DNA of 64,000 nucleotides from Candidatus Omnitrophota bacterium (GTDB lineage Bacteria; Omnitrophota; Omnitrophia; Omnitrophales; Aquincolibacteriaceae): NCBI GenBank assembly GCA_022711115.1, contig JAKLFP010000006.1, positions 19,699 to 83,698 of the forward strand, read 5' to 3'. Shown piece by piece: positions 63,601 to 64,000 of this stretch (position 1 is its first letter; each line of letters starts with the position of its first letter). The notes under the pieces were generated by a model. It saw only the letters and a program-made list of their open reading frames with translations, ran no database searches and was not told where the DNA came from. The position numbers and the translations under genes were made by a program.

Positions 63601-64000
63601 TGCCCGAAATTAAGCCACAGCGCCAGTTCCTTAATGTCTTCTGGAATACCGATATCCAAAGACTCGAGATAAGCGGCCGAAAGATAAAGCGCATGTGTGA
63701 GCCGTTCGCTGTGGATGAGGCGGACAACGTTAGTCTGGGGATCCACCAGGATGTACGGCAGACTCGAATCGAACTCGATCACGACTGAAAATTTTTCAAA
63801 ATTGGAAATGCGATTGAGAAGTACGTCACTTTTCATTTCGATTGCCCGCGCTTTCCAATATTCGATCGCCTTGGCTATCTTGCGCGCATGTTCTGTATTT
63901 TGTCGTTCCGTAAGGTGTGTCGTGTCAAAGGAAGTGTCGCGAATATTTTTATATTCCTGGATGGCGGTATCGGTTCCATAAAGAATGCCCTTGTCATGAA
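42624..64000 (-). CDS. giant multidomain membrane-associated protein (>=7070 aa; reading frame open to window edge, possibly 5'-truncated)
   Basis: An uninterrupted 21.2 kb ORF. The same frame has no stop from 63837 to 64000, and there is no convincing SD before ATG 63836. Modules and motifs, N-terminal to C-terminal: HAD-IIB-like; P-loop uridine-kinase-like; SSHNTY (PLC-X-like); DRIGHG (ADA-like); QGIGNLL (GNAT); EIHSHP (JAB-like); 13 x 47-aa repeats; GHKL ATPase; TM helices; sigma4-like HTH; alphaCTD-like domain; PPDK-N ATP-grasp; PEP-utiliser swivel His. 17 linker motifs: 16 R-S-E-[M/I/V/L]-R and one R-A-E-M-R. Confidence 0.85.
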   Translation of the reverse strand, partial: HDKGILYGTDTAIQEYKNIRDTSFDTTHLTERQNTEHARKIAKAIEYWKARAIEMKSDVLLNRISNFEKFSVVIEFDSSLPYILVDPQTNVVRLIHSERLTHALYLSAAYLESLDIGIPEDIKELALWLNFGQEWLDIYSEVFVTPPSKNGRSREIQNAIEEERMKLNTHFFDIEDSGLIPTEALKARMITRMRKQVLERYRFHMDFVITEEEEAARFLRDAMELAAGDPLGNLTGNQRFVTRDKFMSLLAVSKRLLNRYEAMGMHTRSEEIFRQIVYATAGIQLYDIKGVLPHALQMELIFIALRLGYWADFLNELEIFLTARPDPRGGISEEILQGELRLGYPRKMTRGNIEEMKLLLNVGWFEPKLKFAMEARLLATPPQYLAERGGYVQKANRMLAEFFEHPFENLDPNNIVSDFSGAEEPGEDVRSEMRTEEEGRRVLHRQRFEALQRGGWSGLLTDVDFAITDNIHRVDHRAIVWIAELLKAKIRVGLATGRIYDKRKQRIVSLEGKPATPPYIADILENIILPLEATLKENKEALRFLDVFPENAAYGFNETTQEPYHFGIQPLLKKEKEQNDFLKFLQGIFIKDIYRQLNISYEKPVAFFRPYSVSLLLPYGTLQGVKNRPDWINARIAEIRSYFEKQGIPVEVVWTGTTWDILSEGASKQNAVRRYETLLGRDHFISIDDQGSPGRNGIALTNRIGGISVDLFDETNPDVVATKELNGLRGVDAWLDVVPALFPDRIKSNLSRSEVRDEEPSLKDEMREEILRKMLEEVVSLPPRGVVLMGGPTASGKSTLIEKILEALRLCNRNLVTVSVDNFLVPKEQRPFYLGRFSLDHLDSYDRAAVLRITQGLLKGNAEILPPPLFAKDRTPSSVMLGERDVLGLDGLHVLDSSYRDALSGYELLSVFVTAPHPLRFLRRLERDSAVRKIENPVKFLELWQHARLAEEEFVFPSQAYAKFVIDQDNPREILARYGRMKNTLRSFAAESGILGRPELLSTLEEIHSYARALESRSELRAAEEKKPLIESRSETQVEKVQVLANFLKISEPKPAYPQIFDLYDPSKVEVELLINPAPSGRYTFDHVLHKLRWDRREGIRNVDVPWGDLEVPLAERLGKDISRYTVYSSHNTYHNDWFVAYDGKQSRLFHRMGEPFDARTYSMLVIWNDRKASFEDLRFEKVSDEPPTIVQVYRASDATKTNLASQIKFALFGQRIIRQGNSVPVAELAAQWVDIFHLYRLPVLAHVEGDGTLYGEPVGLKELMTGPANPVFPEDRPVLKKVLEQDGYAEIDLNPYLIRSYRASYTLNQIEADMFRRKTYVSTDACPPAALKEGQYFIDGRGILHIRLRRSFYPHNLLGITKSGKIAAIVLTGDKMERNGYTLAQVQDVVREGMKQRNDPIMDLAMIANSKDAFKRVNGVFVQEESSPIVYEGGTAAIAMIEPVSAAEARSEVRSGLEGERKPVKRHGKDLDVKQGTSEVLQAYFYARTPVLWRELLTSYHNIEVERARYFERLSNVSALASVFERLSSSDPDTHLVRILEKALDDFQIKQRKDWEQSLKDLLRWIRILKGKKQGKKLNFPLKNIAYQALIEMVRQWPKKERHTHITASIPEEMILWELAERQHDFRYRINLEKIMDKKMQSQIPERVIAMRKFRELLAKHADWHRIPVNEFMEIVDNRYFRGTRDVRDLWVDAITDPEERQIAAIDSIERVLMQNFADGITDLELFINPFFTTQITQASLHRFLKVLLQRTRDIEAFARETFGREYFTSFTFSFDREKMRGPSFNQEAWDKSFHLLKALREKNEVGAEPGRFKGIGIAGIEPFEWKGTEAKTVQSVKDDLHLAWLANWFKVFQAVGYETTTHLGDFAGASPGTDSRGHLAFVKAHLDVLGKFLDRIGHGRIFTPGLIRYLRHQQDPASFYWKQGTLEHVALLKRVQKLGLTIESTPANDMLNVVTLRHDYPNYWWAEPKFKLNVIYGSDGFYGAQPITLSQWLVRLMLASPTSEDSIPGRTHGMTIRAIKEQVIDSRSEIRSSLRTEDDSVRAELRAQPIEMQVLDFNLRNKAEIWDDIVKIEQVNMGNARMPESILKNIFQNPKAIMVGAFDETTQKLIGYTLGIPLTDIPIPEERMTNVHSQKVLYILTRQVLPEWQKQGIGNLLRQRLFDQAAREGYAFVSGHQKDTFTASDWQRYLEELGGLYRLETLKHLSPMPPHIPFSEQYYVVNLHPNLRSEIRAEPVVFDHPIIFKSRDGAKTVSIPPVFLQELQKIAQLKAKLDVELEATLYVKNGIVYDIDYPRDETKFAVIRSLSQDEFEVTENVYYFSFPAYLLREAKELAGAIQKADVKEKTERLAESKAILSDLAKAIKEYRVRIELFSVKSQARYELVPGQLEQMTQFSEDMIRDLLNIDYAVTTWIGARNLRGQSHQLSQKPDEIIEIHSHPQENPAPPSAIRKEDGTRIGDIYNAGFWKGVIQGNILHTLEGDELILFYEPREDDHRMAAYEKIYDLYWFKAGNPEVSKESAAIWNPGKGSYERSVNERIALEQLRQLAMTDQNGERIMLTRHSVPDIVPRSKAHSKLSSRADAKRAEVRNFKNLADRLHFGGNTELLERWIEDRQKISRKTRAVIEEELEALAKKTLVRRLEELPELYWLSLVSMVQKIKELNNDAIPFFIQRSMQIFYEHWDEVIRKLKEQGLITKPIPEPMVGRISVSPEDLVYPLARSINQLLTDDEKNQKVGSERWRVILQQYSSLNTGDRRVIDQCVAKKGGPLEGLEKIQGDNITVGQLVSLVGDAVDPMLSAYIGKLWLNKSIIALVNEIVPSGPVNISRLISEVEKQLGPKSEATMRLTMEEITMFENRLRHELDEQKNGSIPEKLRKDILSVYHKTLGEYANILHLKTTAGHASRNILNTLLQGTDVAKRVEGKTLIFYDDATASGTVAAYAGLLAKSFHADQKFLIGVFRNGMPGGVLLHIDFMTPGTGISLIEDDPTWIGSNFENIDEKENNGVVDIRVKNLKDLIAIYGKQQREIISQEQFEVENELAKYDAIIDEWIKAHENLFNKFKGYLALARKDAMLQLERELIKFYLRNPIFVAHLRNPDPIHDASSHQPEDQISKLLFYVRGSRWGYFPSDAGELEKTDRFRLSRFKKEGVEPLLKQFGDLENTNPTLFTVLRDYEKKVGNADRVRSLSALQEKYDLYRERQRKGLKNLEDPTIRKTVQDFLNGTISQDQMRNEVMRNFRLFDATRSEMRTNTENKIRKQLGTFKERIDAGKFTVEAEMSPPLLGSRDSFGKYLVRVQRSNNSYEAGDFDAVTERDAPDLSDWMIERIHRLARKLNDLETKWQGMEQKNIFLKLFFGSFLSPIYYFRVNGVLGMMRDLGSDMRRHVSLSSLPEVPKGYTATIATQMRSQNEIINRIAMAVHGQGARFLTVVSGGHPVRKILRWIFRSWGEVENIFSTNAIGTLRIISEMKRKEQIPQSVRVAIGWDIYSEPDLKRLNQKLKALKKADAPGKRPIIYAQMPVLKERFQKAYQKAVDAGLTREVDFKVNFVLIDSSVTLRKTLWLAGVHPDLDPEAKREIALWKAEEKLGGEALREFKIQWNADRLRFIKTLPGMTGVRHVSITKGGAEISRDVLSAAGLSPEDRLRNDQPRSEVRVAPQRQGVMAALKDQASILKLIENHFDISGAEAMTQFLKRGNTELFRNIALTLIHEFGISSQNEASIKKALNVARIVNRKGPGEWQRCRVVLEFFKQSLGFELKKLPAGRQRRIMTAVYGLGLSGVGFARFKDILALIEKETNLVVLNLKGVDKQRVVTAAFYLSRAKANPAKGFKSGGEYLQDFFDLLHNRYGILHNDRATMDTQMKIRLLTAAYSVALRKTAGFKTFNDTLAEVRRIFKLDPQNLRGNPAAQIRLITAAYEVSHGREAGLKAFLNTLEHIDTFFGIKWEDMPTLDDEDKMSLIAAAYGVSMGGSHGFQAFKGTIAEMGNVFDLMPEVIRGLELSEKIRLITAAYEVGRNQQEGIETFSNAIRYLADRFDMPLDDMKKLPLKDKLSIITVAYTISFNKAAGLDAFDKGMSLISRYFDLQSNQVARLERAEKIQLMRAVARISFRLAEGRLIFETVMGHLDALLRLSATVVRRMEVKQKMKLIIAASVVTQGREEGFTVFRDILAFTVHYWGRGNGIAEKLETFQKIDLISAIHSLSQHGKEEYERYAKALRFIGDYFHLGSEERHNLPPSQMIQMTTAASQVASEGDAGFDAFRIILRWINKVFTLSSKEKPVADAEQAIQFLRAAYHIAGNQGKNLEVFRRILEELAVTFGLRFPDLKTDTEKNRLLRAVYPAVINGQAGYLLFQALLGLLEEKLAISKNSLSGMQFKDKIRILNAAAAVAAAGDDGLRIFEQILTLFADAGYPLRDLSLRDKFTVIHIAYVGQSFLRHLDALDATENIFRETLKLRPAEDKNTAEAFRQFYRVLIKTYYRQQKSQQTRSELRTSITLEYQATMPLIAGIHKGYLLDVPDRMALNRFVNGLNADTKIDIDMTKALLLEAGNDFALVFKASVRNNGSSNVMIVVLNLGSSSLLGTVKKQFKNLGFDSFQPEFYEIDFPVHVQMDSIREQGKTMITLSTFSGVFQEPFSGDQDSLPSIRSEMRAPTGIFRIVSREKIRTFIIDKNIPDRLQVPDIETEVRHIAAERDYFMAEQNRLGNLVHELALNIHKHGQGGSIEISQVNTSDGLTGIELVGKDSGPGISDIPFLLQHKKEIISIHGNGFRIFGTEAQDGLIESKGKAWKSDGFGGFELIGTSPITQGAKVTLIVYQHDQLGMPVRVTTSPGDQKRSELRGKTPDFVSIWVSKNTEKFSNTAGMLTEIIREHWPGVLIKIIHGNENATSIKKAFQDKEGVVFFNADEEKNDPLNSFTFYLTADNTLPDHPWIRLRSRSPPAKITLHTHQPAKYLEAILTVDTQAVLKEFGLKNPPIVFANIHADELPFVVATLKHIYQNKLLDLEEYPIVVAPSLLNEKKFEETWQNAGIPYRLRKTTSQKNQNAWILVLNSTGELTNLLKAARLAVYGNTLLQNGTNPAHNLAESYAPVITGAFTNNDLSGKRETDSAMAVKAYADHGAVLTLGTDFTPEVLGDVISDLALDREQMSAMQDGNNKARRELYGAAQTKIFEVFSDWNKQLQERPKLRLVPRSQPVRSEMRNVQKQDQAIIAEEGIEALQWLLKNKKTEIFSLGVIDKILSMVEERGGVHLTANDIHRRLPRDYYNEEKWKQLGEGLFAWGQMANTREGAPSFIELAKRYVRILNDLSIKTEKKIKRNLMAVAIPLFVSSGFFVVSGILPFVLGTIISSIIAVVSTLYFFYAAEWLPDQTEERARQLQRVIHTAGLGSLLSGKEIPRARSELRNFSVLTLLKKISGLARNKWQVQDPFNPASGNIYVFDRLGRLVEVHDGKNPEVTWERHTYGRDGRGEFERIELKNLYGHEDVTLVLRKENVDFFEKYYEVEVFIEGQTHTERKVTFKEMTLPFFRRLTVINFYPIGSKEDHSYKQYYGRGIAKTILNALSRRAAEQRFSMVVWGILEPEVMNLCQQFFASEVFVEDKVRNQKQRIFKAGDWQPVTSVSANELLKRQVGATVRGTPRPISAVIAGETLVYYQGDQRIGNRSIPSPARSASSLQRGSEIPQNRAEMRSGSSSNRETNFIARLQEEYPFLRSLDYLNFAVRSQEILTDRQKHMIWRLFLAETPLSIAQFAREEGISGAKTAWFRFRNALWKMERYYEIYKAGRPLAPEHPVRYLRLNPKAMKVLFRLGISSMSPISELLAVSIDKLSRLGKAAPKTLRHIRNRLAVNGLPGLSEREKHLTDNDKIELLGLDVRNANALHRNGIRTIGELRALSKEQVNHLYDIGAKGKDNIIERLNAYGFKINFMPRSEMRTKSPNRRHLDEEDMPEGEIRWELQKFQTMVRTLKTKIDGRDSVFFEDEDTSLSAIIDQFQEAVTSWEQIQIYLAKLSSERQGVFADLIQPDLDNLNDARYEILGLLKRHILKRAGWAGGWAGLAVVLASKILFNDNHPWIFALKGSIALAFLAFVAQKIVYGPLFRKIRDLRIEMPQQRSEMRSEVEKRKGTLEQQIKALGILEVPDEKFRAVYQAAIKINPDLDLKLLAEVYQNVKQDLPRPAQAEEPSMVKILTAEWDARLDDLEDDRRFLGTLQQGTTKITEDSRLVFFKEKLGIPNAYFLYYRGIENWEPTRHYMNGVARDYWVVPKEFGDLMSLYCRAGDLLMRRILLNEFSDIEARVKAGTRQLGKGPYQPGMGNKEAGFLVFEKLGLPYPPGIVLSEDLVARLVGLPNEEAKKYFPFIDQQLRHAGIRVHFPEWWESYPREEALIIRSNPKQSMPGILSSRRVRYDFKGTLQETAQAWESEAAKKFRARERIPDKFDLPLIIQRWVSGQDPHRDPNSPRRNERKLLLYFSGVISTRDPNTNQDILFGRYLENAAGDELMTGGEAGRDIKELEQEAPAIFQQLLEARKKLEEAVGPQEFEFVVSGGKLYFTQTRKMNFSPQAEIAFLREQLTKGKISERLAIPRIEKVQERLRSRKLYKVKDPIIATPLTRGLASTPGALQGQLAWNRDRMEQLIAQKKPVVFVSHPGNQEQALTLLFNYPDSGLITSYGNSSSHEAVLTRLSGIPSLINLEVSRWDLTGKDQGIIFKNGQRLKEGDAVVLDGDKNILFISDQNVLEENGVVFDVSYGISIPDYRKEFLKPYLNPDGSVKNEWTQERLEVLNQEAEQKFKDLQHSQDKHAAFLANLEKHFLHDLLNGRKKIGKRSDFQILDEAQGVGGMKQDASTTAPSQRSEIRTTHKILDEAQLRSGVQKPQTSAAVSAPLVTQVSESEKQVATKAAEGVFRTSSALAMGQEILNRVLAELIPNAYAIPHLTRQRNYLALLSNKAKAETGADRIAVIFKNIPSLEDPSLQVLMQFMTRNKFAPVQIVVPHAAQTELTRFQQALIKKIMKMRDAKGVMGRGVNLVVISEKTEIAGFIQKTTERALVYDMSSSGTANLESLAPVVSKSGHADRTLLVYHDVDERQKAFALLGALNTILERKQIPQGIQPVSGILAFIENISIAAETRKVIEQAA
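43920..45400 (-). other. PEP-utilising dikinase-like module (PPDK_N ATP-grasp + phosphohistidine swivel domain) inside giant ORF
   Basis: GKGPYQPGMGNKEAGFLVFEKLGLPYPPGIVLS and FEFVVSGGKLYFTQTRKM match the PpsA/PPDK N-terminal domain. GLITSYGNSSSHEAVLTRLSGIPSLIN matches the GGRTSHAAIIARELGIP phosphohistidine motif. Confidence 0.55.
46250..46860 (-). other. sigma-70 region-4-like HTH followed by RNA polymerase alpha C-terminal-domain-like HhH module inside giant ORF
   Basis: ILTDRQKHMIWRLFLAETPLSIAQFAREEGISGAKTAWFRFRNALWKM matches the ECF/sigma r4 pattern. IELLGLDVRNANALHRNGIRTIGELRALSKEQVNHLYDIGAKGKDNIIERLNAYGF aligns with RpoA alphaCTD (VRSANCLKAEAIHYIGDL...[24 protein letters not shown]). 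Confidence 0.6.
47920..48060 (-). other. transmembrane helix pair inside giant ORF
   Basis: LMAVAIPLFVSSGFFVVSGILPFVLGTIISSIIAVVSTLYFFYAAEW. A second hydrophobic segment (GWAGGWAGLAVVLASKILF...IALAFLAFVAQKIVYGPLF) lies about 700 aa further on. Confidence 0.6.
49560..50040 (-). other. GHKL (HATPase_c-like) ATPase module inside giant ORF
   Basis: N-box HELALNIHKHGQGGSIEI and G1-box GKDSGPGI. Confidence 0.5.
50640..52436 (-). repeat. 13 tandem copies of about 47-aa (141-bp) degenerate helical repeat (consensus K-I-R-L-I-T-A-A-Y-x-V-x6-G-x2-A-F-x2-x-I) inside giant ORF
   Basis: Protein-level periodicity seen by eye: KIRLITAAYEV..., KMSLIAAAYGV..., KLSIITVAYTI..., KIQLMRAVARI..., KMKLIIAASVV..., KIRILNAAAAV... 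and others. Confidence 0.7.
57300..57850 (-). other. GNAT acetyltransferase-like module inside giant ORF
   Basis: Motif A-like QKQGIGNLLRQRLFDQAAREGYAFV. Confidence 0.45.
57960..59220 (-). other. adenosine/AMP deaminase-like metal-dependent hydrolase module inside giant ORF
   Basis: HTH at the start (ERHTHITAS), TTTHLGDFAG, LDRIGHGRIF and a later acidic block (ESTPANDM). This is the amidohydrolase/ADA metal-ligand pattern. Confidence 0.45.
61140..61690 (-). other. uridine kinase/phosphoribulokinase-like P-loop module inside giant ORF
   Basis: Walker A VVLMGGPTASGKSTLIEKI. Confidence 0.5.
61740..62650 (-). other. HAD-IIB-like phosphatase module inside giant ORF
   Basis: LLTDVDFAITDN (motif I-like) and WDILSEGASKQNAVRRYETLL...ISIDDQGSPGRNGIAL (motifs III/IV-like) resemble the sucrose-phosphatase subfamily. 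Confidence 0.45.

Noticed and set aside
1-64000. CRISPR arrays, rRNA genes, transposases/integrases, prophage genes
   Set aside because: I searched by eye for regularly spaced direct repeats, rRNA-like conserved blocks and DDE/tyrosine-recombinase motifs. None were found.

Overview
This 64 kb window is gene-dense and looks bacterial. It is probably from an anaerobe: it carries a hydrogenase-like complex, rubrerythrin, radical-SAM enzymes, a Fic protein and type IV pilin-like genes. Coding density is about 90%.

**Giant gene (about one third of the window).** A single minus-strand ORF of at least 7070 codons runs from 42624 to 63836. Its reading frame stays open to the window edge at 64000, so the gene may be longer. 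The protein is a mosaic of recognisable modules:
- a HAD-IIB-like phosphatase and a uridine-kinase-like P-loop domain;
- a PLC X-box-like motif, an adenosine-deaminase-like domain, a GNAT domain and a JAB-like motif;
- a 13-copy tandem repeat of about 47 aa;
- a GHKL ATPase domain and at least three transmembrane helices in two hydrophobic segments;
- a sigma-70 region-4-like HTH immediately followed by an RNA-polymerase alpha-CTD-like domain;
- a PEP-utilising dikinase module (ATP-grasp plus phosphohistidine swivel).

These modules are separated by a short motif that recurs 17 times in charged linkers, 16 as R-S-E-[M/I/V/L]-R and one as R-A-E-M-R.

**Hydrogenase-related operon.** A six-gene group-4 hydrogenase / formate-hydrogenlyase-like operon lies at 20614..28478 on the minus strand. 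Its large subunit has lost all four Ni-binding cysteines, which makes it an Ehr-type (energy-converting hydrogenase related) complex. A stand-alone receiver-domain gene sits just upstream.

**Other content.**
- An envelope glycosylation-type cluster: a YfhO-like protein, a TPR membrane protein and a GDSL hydrolase.
- A Fic gene bracketed by 21-bp direct repeats, next to tRNA-Asn(GTT).
- An ABC-2 exporter pair, a DEAD-box helicase, gpmA, a signal-peptide rubrerythrin and hemW.
- A pilin-like protein, an APC amino-acid permease, two SAM methyltransferases and a DAACS symporter.
- An MFS transporter, msrBA, an ICMT-like methyltransferase, a homospermidine-synthase-like gene, a cupin and an Fe-ADH.
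- An LpxL-family acyltransferase, rlmD, an HI0933-like flavoprotein and a YgiQ radical-SAM protein.

No CRISPR array, rRNA or obvious transposase was seen.
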